Below, one piece after another: positions 1-10,561 of a DNA stretch of 64,000 nt. Numbering within the stretch: the first letter of the stretch is position 1; each line of letters begins with the position of its first letter. Source of the DNA: an uncultured Gemmatimonadales bacterium (GTDB lineage: Bacteria > Gemmatimonadota > Gemmatimonadetes > Longimicrobiales > RSA9); NCBI GenBank assembly GCA_963798845.1, contig CAWCUS010000005.1, positions 128,001 through 192,000 on the forward strand, in the 5' to 3' direction. A program made the position numbers and the translations under genes. A model generated the notes under the pieces. It searched no databases and was not told the DNA's origin. It saw only the letters and a program-made list of their open reading frames with translations.

Positions 1-320
<320 letters not shown>

Positions 321-491
321 CGAAACGCGTGGCGGCGGCGGGCGGGGCGCCGGTAGCTTCCGGCCCCCCCGACGTCAGGCCGAGCCGCGGAGGCGTGAAG
401 AGGTCGCCTCTCCAGGAACGCCGGGCCGCTCGACGACTGCCGAGAGGACCCGCGGTTCCGCGGCGCCCGTCTCCGCGGGAGCGGGCGGGCG

Positions 492-1487
492 TTACCCGCC
501 GATCTGGGAGAGGGCGAGGAGACCGCCCGAACCCTGGTCGCTGCCCTGGACCAGGTGGTGCCGCTCGGGCTTGATGTGAAGGGCCTTCCGGATCAGCGGC
601 TCCAGCGGCTCGCCCCCGCGCAGGGGGTCGCGGAGCGGGACGTGGAGGTCGCCGAAGAGGCAGGGCCGGAGCTGACCGTCGGCGGTCAGTCGCATGCGGT
701 TGCAGGTGTCGCAGTAATTGTGGCTCATGGGCGTGATCACGCCCACCGAGCCCGCGCCGCCGGGGAAGCGGAAGTAGGCGGCCGGTCCGTTCCCGTGAGG
801 GCCGATCCCGGGCTGGAGGTCGCCCACGCCGCGGACCCGCTGGAGGATCTCGGGGGCCGGCACGTACTCGTGCGCCGAGACGTCCAGATTCTCGCCCACG
901 GGCATGACCTCAATGAAGCGCACGTGCAGCGGCCGGTCGAGGGTGAGGCGCGCGAAATCGGCGATCTCGTCGTCGTTGCGTCCGCGCATGACCACGACGT
1001 TCACCTTGATCGGGTGGAACCCCACGCGCTCGGCCGCGGCCAGGCCCCGCATGATCTGGAGGAATGAGCCGGGGCGCCGGGCGATCGCGTCCACCCGCTC
1101 GGGCCGCAGCGAGTCGAGAGATATGTTGACGCGCCGAAGCCCGGCGTCATGGAGCTCGTCGGCCATGTCTCCCAGGAGCACGGCGTTCGTGGACAGGGCC
1201 ACGTCGTCGATCCCCGGCACGCCCGCCAGCATGGCGACCAGGCGTGTGACGTCGCGGCGGACGAGGGGCTCGCCGCCCGTGATCCGGACTCGCCGGAGCC
1301 CCATCGGGGCCATGGTGGCGACGATCTCGCGGATCTCCTCGTAGGAGAGCAGATCCGATCGCTTCAGCCACGGCAGCCCGTGCAGGGGCATGCAGTAGAC
1401 ACAGCGCAGGTTGCACTTGTCCGTGACCGAGATGCGGAGGTACTCGATCCGCCGGCCGAACTGGTCGCGCATGTTCGCTTCACTCAC
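492..1487 (-). CDS. moaA: GTP 3',8-cyclase MoaA (radical SAM)
   Basis: YLRISVTDKCNLRCVYCMP, C-terminal CDTCNRMRL..PCL cluster, ends GG; start GTG 1487 or ATG 1472. Confidence 0.95.
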   Translation of the reverse strand: MSEANMRDQFGRRIEYLRISVTDKCNLRCVYCMPLHGLPWLKRSDLLSYEEIREIVATMAPMGLRRVRITGGEPLVRRDVTRLVAMLAGVPGIDDVALSTNAVLLGDMADELHDAGLRRVNISLDSLRPERVDAIARRPGSFLQIMRGLAAAERVGFHPIKVNVVVMRGRNDDEIADFARLTLDRPLHVRFIEVMPVGENLDVSAHEYVPAPEILQRVRGVGDLQPGIGPHGNGPAAYFRFPGGAGSVGVITPMSHNYCDTCNRMRLTADGQLRPCLFGDLHVPLRDPLRGGEPLEPLIRKALHIKPERHHLVQGSDQGSGGLLALSQIGG

Positions 1488-1926
1488 CGGCCACCTCCGC
1501 GTTCGGGGTGCTGCCTTCGAGCCACCGCGACTCGCCCTCCACGTAGTGCTCCCGCTTCCACACGGGCAACCGCTTCTTGATCTCCTCGATGACGTAGCGC
1601 ACCGCGTCGAAGGACTCGGCCCGGTGCGGACTGGACGCGGCGATGGCGACGCTGGCTTCCTCGATGCCGAGCTCGCCCACGCGGTGGACCACGGCGATGC
1701 GCTCGCTCCCCAGGCGCTCCGCCGCTTCGCCCGCGATGGCACGGAGCACGTTCTGCGCCATCCCCTCGTACGCGGAGTACGAGACGCCGCTCACCGGCCG
1801 ATCGTCGTTGTGATCCCGAACGGTGCCGACGAACAGGAGCGCGGCGCCATCGCTCGGCCCGCCCACTCGCCCGAGCACCTGCCCCGGATCGATGGGATCG
1901 GACGTCAGCCAGGCGAGGACGCTCAT
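1480..1926 (-). CDS. moaE: Molybdopterin synthase catalytic subunit
   Basis: FVGTVRDHND, HRVGEL, SSPHR, IKKRLPVWKRE motifs. Confidence 0.95.
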   Translation of the reverse strand: MSVLAWLTSDPIDPGQVLGRVGGPSDGAALLFVGTVRDHNDDRPVSGVSYSAYEGMAQNVLRAIAGEAAERLGSERIAVVHRVGELGIEEASVAIAASSPHRAESFDAVRYVIEEIKKRLPVWKREHYVEGESRWLEGSTPNAEVAGE

Positions 1927-2165
1927 CCGCCCGCCACCGGCGGAAGCAGCGCCACCTCGTCGCCGTCGGCCAGCGGTGCGGCGAGGGGAGCGTACGCCTG
2001 GTTCACGGCCACGACCGGCTCCGGAGGGAGTCGATGGAGCTCACCGGTGGCGCGGAGCCGACGGACCAGGTCGCCGGCCGTGGATCCGGGATCGAGCTCC
2101 AGCTCGAGCTCGTCGGTGCCGGCCAGGTCCCGGTAGGTGGCGAAGAAGAGTGTTCGGATGCGCAT
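1923..2165 (-). CDS. moaD: Molybdopterin synthase sulfur carrier
   Basis: 80 aa ubiquitin-like protein ending DGDEVALLPPVAGG; overlaps moaE by 4 nt. Confidence 0.95.
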   Translation of the reverse strand: MRIRTLFFATYRDLAGTDELELELDPGSTAGDLVRRLRATGELHRLPPEPVVAVNQAYAPLAAPLADGDEVALLPPVAGG

Positions 2166-2172
2166 GTCTGGA

Positions 2173-2202
2173 AAGATACCCGCGGTCGCGGGCGGGGTTC
2201 AA
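2173..2202 (-). promoter_or_regulatory. Sigma70-type promoter, leaderless moaD transcript
   Basis: TTGAAC-18bp-TATCTT, then 7 nt, then ATG, with no Shine-Dalgarno. Confidence 0.6.
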
Positions 2203-2260
2203 CGGGGCCTTGCGGCGTTCTGACGCCCGGAGGCGCGGCTCCCCCCGCGGCGGCGCTGGC

Positions 2261-2788
2261 TCAGGCGCTGGACGCGACGTCCGGGCCCGCGGCCGCGGCG
2301 TCGCCCGCGACTTCCGCGCGGATCTCACGGACCATCTGGATCGCGCGCTGGTTCACGAGGATGTCGCCCAGCAGCTTCCGGCGGGGCCTCAGCTCTGCGT
2401 TGCGCAGCGGAACGAAATGGGGCGCGGAATGGAGGTAGTCGGTGATCCGCTGGTTCGGGACGAGCAGCAGGCCCGCCGCGATCAGGTAGCCGCCTTCCAG
2501 CTCGACCTGGACCCGCCTCGACGTGGCGGCGGCGAGGGCGCTGGTGAGCGGGAGCGAGCCGTCCTCCGAAGAGGCCCACAGGATATGGTCCACCTTGAGC
2601 GCGAGATGGGGCACCGCCGCACCGGTCCCGATCCAGTCGACGGCAGTCAGGTTGAGGTAGCGGCTCCGGCTGGCGAGGTACGTGGCCAGGTACTGCCCGC
2701 GCGGAACGCGGGCGCTCGCGTCCAGCACGCGGTGGTCACGCAGGAAGATCCGCAGCCGTTGCGGAGCGTTGGTGTCGTTCGGATTCAC
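2261..2788 (-). CDS. Hypothetical protein with two tandem ~65-aa domains (DUF6812-like)
   Basis: 175-aa ORF with two similar halves (RLRIFLRDHRVL..YLATYLASRSRYLNL and RVQVELEGGYLI..RITDYLHSAPHFVPL); upstream TTGCCT-17-TAACAT. Confidence 0.7.
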   Translation of the reverse strand: MNPNDTNAPQRLRIFLRDHRVLDASARVPRGQYLATYLASRSRYLNLTAVDWIGTGAAVPHLALKVDHILWASSEDGSLPLTSALAAATSRRVQVELEGGYLIAAGLLLVPNQRITDYLHSAPHFVPLRNAELRPRRKLLGDILVNQRAIQMVREIRAEVAGDAAAAGPDVASSA

Positions 2789-2964
2789 TGCTGATCCTGA
2801 AGTGCGGGCGACCCTTCATAGAGTGAGCGAGCGGTCCGTCTTCTGCGCCCGGCACGAGTACCGTCGCGGGCTTTCTCCGGCGCGGAGCGAGCGGGTGAGG
2901 AGCGGCGCTCCATGTTAGGAGGCGCCGACCTGGAAGGCAAGGCGGAAAAGCGCTCGCGCGAGCG

Positions 2965-4461
2965 TCAACGCCAGCCCCGATCGCGCCAGCGCGAGCGGGT
3001 CTCTCCACCTTCGCCGCCAGGTTCCATGCGATGGACCGCCCGCCGCTCCCGCTCCTCTTCCGCCAGCAGCGCGGCCGCGAGCGCCGAGGCCCGGAGCGAC
3101 TCGCCGTCGGGGGTCCCGTTCAGCAGCTCGGGGTGTCGCTCGATGTAGCGGATGTCGATACGACCGGCCGCGAAGTCCGGCTCCATCAGCACGCGCTGAT
3201 GGAAGGGCGCGCTGGTCTCGATCCCGACCACGCGCAGCTCTCTCAACGCTCGCAGCATCCGTGCAATGGCGAGCCCCCGGTCGGGCGCGTGGACGATGAG
3301 CTTGGCGAGCATCGGGTCGTAGAAGAGGGAGACCTCGTCGCCTTCCTGAACGCCGCCGTCCCAGCGCACCCCGGGCCCGGTGGGCAGGTCGAGACGCTCG
3401 ATCCGGCCGCTCGAAGGGAGGAAGCCGTTGGACGGGTCCTCGCTCGTGATCCGGCACTCGATGGCGTGCCCGTCCAGGCGCACGTCCACCTGCCCGAAGG
3501 AAAGCGGCTCCCCCGAGGCCACCCGGATCTGCCACTGGACCAGGTCCACGCCGGTGACCAGCTCCGTCACCGGATGCTCCACCTGGATGCGGGTGTTCAT
3601 CTCCAGGAAGTAGTATTCACCACCCCGGAAGAGGAATTCGACGGTGCCCGCGTTCCGGTAGCCCACCGCGCGCGCCGCCGCCACCGCCGCGGCCCCCATG
3701 GCGCCGCGGACCTCCGGGGTGATGGCCACCGAGGGGCACTCCTCGATCATCTTCTGGTGGCGCCGCTGGATCGAGCACTCACGCTCGCCCAGGTGCACCA
3801 CGTGGCCGTGGCCGTCCGCCAGCACCTGGATCTCGATGTGCCGGGGCCCGTCCAGGAACTTCTCCATGTACACGCTGTCGTCCCCGAACGACGCCCTCGC
3901 CTCACGCGACGCCGCGCCGAACGCCGCGCTCATCTCCCCTGCTCCCCGGACCGCCCGCATCCCCTTCCCGCCCCCACCGGCCGCCGCCTTGAGCATGACC
4001 GGGTAGCCGATCTCCGCAGCCACCGCCTCGGCGTGGCCCGCGTCGCGGAGCGCCTCGGTCGTGCCCGGGACCACGGGGACGCCGGCACCCTGCATGGCCT
4101 GGCGCGCCCGCGTCTTGTCGCCCATGGCCTCGATGGCGCTGGCCGGCGGCCCGATGAAGGCGAGCCCCGCCTCCTCCACGGCGCGGGCGAAGGGGGCGCG
4201 CTCGGAGAGGAAGCCGTAGCCCGGGTGGACGGCGTCACAGCCGCGCTCCAGCGCGACCTCGACCAGGCGTTCGGTCAGCAGGTAGCTCTCGGACGCCTGG
4301 GGCGGCCCGATCCGGATGGCCTGGTCGGCGGCGAGGACGTGGGGCGCGAGACGGTCGGCGTCGGAGTAGACGGCGACGCTCTCCACTCCCAGCTCCCGGC
4401 ACGCCCGGATCACCCGCAGCGCGATCTCGCCGCGGTTCGCGACCAGCACCCGCCTGATCAC
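2965..4461 (-). CDS. accC: Acyl-CoA carboxylase biotin carboxylase subunit
   Basis: [53 protein letters not shown]; no biotinyl domain. Confidence 0.93.
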   Translation of the reverse strand: MIRRVLVANRGEIALRVIRACRELGVESVAVYSDADRLAPHVLAADQAIRIGPPQASESYLLTERLVEVALERGCDAVHPGYGFLSERAPFARAVEEAGLAFIGPPASAIEAMGDKTRARQAMQGAGVPVVPGTTEALRDAGHAEAVAAEIGYPVMLKAAAGGGGKGMRAVRGAGEMSAAFGAASREARASFGDDSVYMEKFLDGPRHIEIQVLADGHGHVVHLGERECSIQRRHQKMIEECPSVAITPEVRGAMGAAAVAAARAVGYRNAGTVEFLFRGGEYYFLEMNTRIQVEHPVTELVTGVDLVQWQIRVASGEPLSFGQVDVRLDGHAIECRITSEDPSNGFLPSSGRIERLDLPTGPGVRWDGGVQEGDEVSLFYDPMLAKLIVHAPDRGLAIARMLRALRELRVVGIETSAPFHQRVLMEPDFAAGRIDIRYIERHPELLNGTPDGESLRASALAAALLAEEERERRAVHRMEPGGEGGETRSRWRDRGWR

Positions 4462-6008
4462 AGGGGGATGTTCCCGTGCTTCTTCCAGGGGTTCTCGTCC
4501 CTCTTGTCGCGCAGCATGTCGAGCGCGCTGATCAGGCGGGGCCGTGTCTCGCGAGGGTCGATCACGTCGTCCACATAGCCGCGCGCGGCCGCGATGTATG
4601 GGTGGGCGAACCGCTCCCGGTACTCGGCCTCCTTGGCCACGGTTTCCGCCTCCGGGTCCTTCGCCTCCGCGATCTGCTTCCGGAACAGGATCTCCACCGC
4701 CCCCTTCGGTCCCATGACGGCGATCTCGGCCGTGGGCCAGGCGAGATTGATGTCCCCCCGGATGTGCTTGGAGTTCATGACGTCGTACGCGCCGCCGTAC
4801 GCCTTGCGCGTGATCACCGTGACCTTGGGCACCGTCGCTTCCGAGAATGCGAAGAGAAGCTTGGCGCCGTGGCGGATGATGCCACCGTGCTCCTGCGCCA
4901 CGCCCGGGAGGAAGCCGGGCACATCCTCGAAGACCACCAGCGGTATGTTGAACGCGTCGCAGAAGCGGACGAACCGCGCACCCTTGTCGGAGCTGTTGAT
5001 GTCCAGCACGCCGGCGAGCACCGCGGGCTGGTTCGCAATGATCCCGATGCTGCGGCCGCCCAGGTGCGCGAAGCCGACCACGATGTTCTGGGCGTACTCC
5101 GCGTGGACTTCGTAGAAATCGCCTTCGTCCACCACGCGCCGGATGACTTCGTGGATGTCGTACGGCTTCGTGGGCTCGTCGGGAACCACGTCCAGGAGCT
5201 CCTCGTCCTGGCGATCGAACGGGTCGTCGCTCGACCGCACCGGCGGGTCCTCGCGGTTGTTCTGGGGCAGGTATCTGAAGAGCCGCCGCACCGCTTCCAG
5301 CGCCTCCATCTCGGAGTCGTGGACGAAATGGGCCACCCCGGACGTGCCGGCGTGCACGTCCGCCCCGCCCAGCCCTTCCATGTCGACGTCCTCATGGGTC
5401 ACCGTCTTCACCACGTTCGGCCCGGTCACGAACATGTAGCTCGTGCCGCGCACCATGTAGACGAAGTCGGTGATCGCCGGCGAGTACACGGCGCCGCCGG
5501 CGCACGGCCCCAGGACCACGCTGACCTGCGGCACGACGCCCGAGGCCAGCGTGTTGCGGAGGAAGATGTCCGCATAACCGCCCAGGCTGACCACCCCTTC
5601 CTGGATGCGCGCGCCGCCGCTGTCGTTCAGCCCCACCAGCGGAGCTCCGTTCTTGAGCGCCAGCTCCTGGATCTTCACGATCTTCTCGGCGTGCGCTTCC
5701 GAGAGGGAGCCGCCGAAAACGGTGAAGTCCTGGCTGAACACGTAGACCAGCCGACCGTGGATGGTGCCGTAGCCGGTGACGACGCCGTCACCCAGGTACT
5801 TCTGGTCCTCCAGCCCGAAGCCGGCGGTGCGGTGGGTCACGAACCGGTCCAGCTCCACGAAGCTGTCCTCGTCGAGGAGCAGGTCCAGCCGCTCGCGCGC
5901 GGACAGCTTCCCCCGGTCGTGCTGCGCCTTCAGGCGACGCTCCCCGCCGCCGAGCCTGGCCTGGCGGCGCCGCTCCTCCAGCTCCTTCACCTTGTCGCGC
6001 ATGCTCAT
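4458..6008 (-). CDS. pccB: Acyl-CoA (propionyl-CoA-type) carboxylase carboxyltransferase beta subunit
   Basis: [49 protein letters not shown]. Confidence 0.92.
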   Translation of the reverse strand: MSMRDKVKELEERRRQARLGGGERRLKAQHDRGKLSARERLDLLLDEDSFVELDRFVTHRTAGFGLEDQKYLGDGVVTGYGTIHGRLVYVFSQDFTVFGGSLSEAHAEKIVKIQELALKNGAPLVGLNDSGGARIQEGVVSLGGYADIFLRNTLASGVVPQVSVVLGPCAGGAVYSPAITDFVYMVRGTSYMFVTGPNVVKTVTHEDVDMEGLGGADVHAGTSGVAHFVHDSEMEALEAVRRLFRYLPQNNREDPPVRSSDDPFDRQDEELLDVVPDEPTKPYDIHEVIRRVVDEGDFYEVHAEYAQNIVVGFAHLGGRSIGIIANQPAVLAGVLDINSSDKGARFVRFCDAFNIPLVVFEDVPGFLPGVAQEHGGIIRHGAKLLFAFSEATVPKVTVITRKAYGGAYDVMNSKHIRGDINLAWPTAEIAVMGPKGAVEILFRKQIAEAKDPEAETVAKEAEYRERFAHPYIAAARGYVDDVIDPRETRPRLISALDMLRDKRDENPWKKHGNIPL

Positions 6009-7564
6009 CGCCGCAAGCCCCCGACGCTGTCGGCACTCGCGGCCCCGGCGGGCGTCGCGAATTCCCAGGGCACCGGCGCCGGCTGGAGCGACCCGCTGCG
6101 GATCACCACCAGGAACGGCGTATGAACCACCTGACCGCCGCGCACCGAGAGCACGCCGGTCGCCCCCTGCACACCCGCGAGGAAGCCGAAGCCGCGCGCC
6201 GTGGCCGCCGGCGAGACGTCCCGGTTCGGCAGCGCCTGGAGGAGCAGGTGCGCGGCGTCGTAGCCGAGGGCCGGGAGCTGGTTGCTCAGGGTGTGCCGGT
6301 ACTCGCCCTCGTACAGGTGCACGAACCCCGGAGTGGCCAGGCCGTCCGCCTGCCCGGGCGGCAGGTGAGAGATGGCGACCACGCCCTCGAGGTCGCGATC
6401 GGGCACGAGCCTGCGCACGGGCGCCACCGTCCAGCTGTCGCCTCCGAACACCTGCACTCCTGCCGAGTCCAGACCGTAGAACGACACCTGTGGCGCGATC
6501 TGGGGCACGTCGCGCTGCGGCGCGGCGACGAACAGGGCGAACGACCGTTCCCCGGGCGCGGCGTGCACCGCGGCAAGGATCCCCTCGAGGTGATCGCCGA
6601 ACGTGGTGGTGCCGGAGTCGTACGGGACCGTGGCCATCACGCGTCCGCCCCTGCCGCCGAACGAGCTCGCGAACGCGCTCGCCTGCCGCTGGTATTCGGG
6701 CGAGTTCAGGTACAGGATCGCCGCCCGTCCCCGCACCAGATCGGCCGCATAGCGGCCAAGCTCTTCCGCTCCCTGGACATCGCCCCCGCTCACGGTGTAC
6801 GCCCGCCGCAGCCCCTGCGGGAGATCGGGGACGGTCGGGCTCACCAGCATCAGCTGGTCGTCCCGCCGCGCGGCGGCGGCTTCCAGCATCTGCTGTGGGA
6901 GGAGCGGACCCACCACCGCCGCCACGCCCCGTCGCTCCAGCTCCGCGATCGCGTCCCGCGTGCGCACGCCGCCGCCGTCATCCGCCACGACCAGCTCGAT
7001 CCGGCGACCTTGCGTACGCTCCGCTTCCTGCACCGCCAGCCGGATCCCCTCCAGCACCCAGTCGGCATACCGCACCAGGATCCGCGAACCCGTCCGCGGG
7101 AGCACCGCGCCCACCAGCGCCGGCCCCGCGGGCGCCTTCATCGCGTCGGCCGCCAGCGCCGCCAGCGTTCTCGCCGAGTCCGTCGCGGCCGGGCTCAGCT
7201 CCGGTGACGCCGCAACGCGGGAAGCGAAAGTGCTCGCGTCCTCGTACCGGCCGAGCGCGTACGCGGATCGGGCTGCCAGCCAGCGGGCGTCCGGCGCCGC
7301 TGCGCTCGCCGGGTACGCGGCGGCTACCCGTCCCGCCAGCTCCAGTGCCGAGTCCAGCGCCGTCGCCTCGTAGGCCGCCCGGGCCCGCTCCAGCAGCTCC
7401 GCCGCCGCCTCACCGTCGCCCGGCCTCGGCGCCTCCACCGCCGCCGCCGTACGGTCGCCGGCGCTGTCCGCACCCGCCCCCGGCCCCGGCCGGCCCGCCG
7501 CAGGTGGCTCCCCCACCGAGCACGCCAGCGCGGCCACCACCACTGCGGTGGCCAGCATCTTCAT
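6005..7564 (-). CDS. Lipoprotein, LppC/LpoA-like penicillin-binding protein activator with a periplasmic-binding-protein fold and TPR-like N-terminus
   Basis: Signal [15 protein letters not shown] (lipobox-like Cys); [30 protein letters not shown] motifs. Confidence 0.7.
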   Translation of the reverse strand: MKMLATAVVVAALACSVGEPPAAGRPGPGAGADSAGDRTAAAVEAPRPGDGEAAAELLERARAAYEATALDSALELAGRVAAAYPASAAAPDARWLAARSAYALGRYEDASTFASRVAASPELSPAATDSARTLAALAADAMKAPAGPALVGAVLPRTGSRILVRYADWVLEGIRLAVQEAERTQGRRIELVVADDGGGVRTRDAIAELERRGVAAVVGPLLPQQMLEAAAARRDDQLMLVSPTVPDLPQGLRRAYTVSGGDVQGAEELGRYAADLVRGRAAILYLNSPEYQRQASAFASSFGGRGGRVMATVPYDSGTTTFGDHLEGILAAVHAAPGERSFALFVAAPQRDVPQIAPQVSFYGLDSAGVQVFGGDSWTVAPVRRLVPDRDLEGVVAISHLPPGQADGLATPGFVHLYEGEYRHTLSNQLPALGYDAAHLLLQALPNRDVSPAATARGFGFLAGVQGATGVLSVRGGQVVHTPFLVVIRSGSLQPAPVPWEFATPAGAASADSVGGLRR

Positions 7565-7639
7565 TCGATTCAAGCCTCTCCTCGATCCGCTGCGTCCACG
7601 CTCCGTCGATCGCGGGAAACTACCCGTGCGACGCCGACG

Positions 7640-7676
7640 AAAAAAGGGAGGCGGGCCGCCGGCGGCCCGCCTCCCC
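7640..7676 (-). terminator. Intrinsic terminator after rpsA
   Basis: GGGAGGCGGGCCGCCGGCGGCCCGCCTCCC hairpin followed by a T run on the minus strand. Confidence 0.85.
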
Positions 7677-7700
7677 TCGTGCCTGGGCTCTCCCGGGAGC

Positions 7701-9872
<2,172 letters not shown>

Positions 9873-9928
9873 GTCCTGGATGCCCTCGTGCGCCGCTGGA
9901 CCGCGAAGGGCCCCCGACGGTTCGCGTG

Positions 9929-9956
9929 AAAAAAAGGGGCGCGCCTCCCGCGCCCC
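9929..9956 (-). terminator. Intrinsic terminator-like hairpin inside the rpsA 5' UTR
   Basis: GGGGCGCG-GGAGG-CGCGCCCC-TTTTTTT on the minus strand, between the promoter and the ATG. Confidence 0.65.
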
Positions 9957-9993
9957 GCACCCGCCCCCTTCCTGCAGGGCTGGTTAGCCTTTC

Positions 9994-10022
9994 AACCTAC
10001 GGGGCGAAGGGCAAGAGGTCAA
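9994..10022 (-). promoter_or_regulatory. Sigma70-type promoter of rpsA
   Basis: TTGACC-17bp-TAGGTT. Confidence 0.7.
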
Positions 10023-10146
10023 CCGGCGCGCCCCCGCCCCGCGGCAGGCCCGCGCTCATCCCCGACGGCCGTTCCGAACCCGTCGAGTTCCGCTCTCGCC
10101 GCGCAGCCGCGCGCACGCCGCTGGCTCACGGGACGGACCTTTCCTC

Positions 10147-10197
10147 TTGACTATCTGGAGAAGGGGGTCCATCCTTCCTTTAGACCATCTGTAGGAA
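10147..10197 (+). promoter_or_regulatory. PadR promoter and candidate palindromic operator
   Basis: TTGACT-17bp-CATCCT followed by the imperfect palindrome TTCCT-TT-AGA-CCA-TCT-GT-AGGAA (10175-10197). Confidence 0.5.
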
Positions 10198-10219
10198 CCC
10201 GCTCGGAGCACCCTGACCC

Positions 10220-10561
10220 ATGGCCGAATCCGCCGACCTCCTCCAGGGCACCCTGGAGCTGCTGGCCCTGAAAACGCTTTCGCTGGCCCCCATGCACGGG
10301 TGGGGCATTGCGCAGCGGATCGAGCAGATGTCGAAGGAGGTGTTCCGGGTGAACCAGGGTTCGCTGTATCCGGCGCTGCAGCGGATGAAGCGGAGGGGGT
10401 GGATCCGGAGCGAGTGGCGGGTGACGGAGAACAACCGGCGAGCCCGGTACTACATGCTGACGGCGTCCGGGGAGAAGCAGCTGGAGCGGGAGCGAGAGAC
10501 GTGGCGGCGTGCGTCGGGCGCGGTGAACGCCGTGCTGGCGTGGGTTGGAGGGCCGGCATGA
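10220..10561 (+). CDS. PadR family transcriptional regulator (acidobacterial type)
   Basis: DLLQGTLELLALKTL, HGWGIAQRIEQ, QGSLYPALQR, ENNRRARYY. Confidence 0.93.
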   Translation: MAESADLLQGTLELLALKTLSLAPMHGWGIAQRIEQMSKEVFRVNQGSLYPALQRMKRRGWIRSEWRVTENNRRARYYMLTASGEKQLERERETWRRASGAVNAVLAWVGGPA

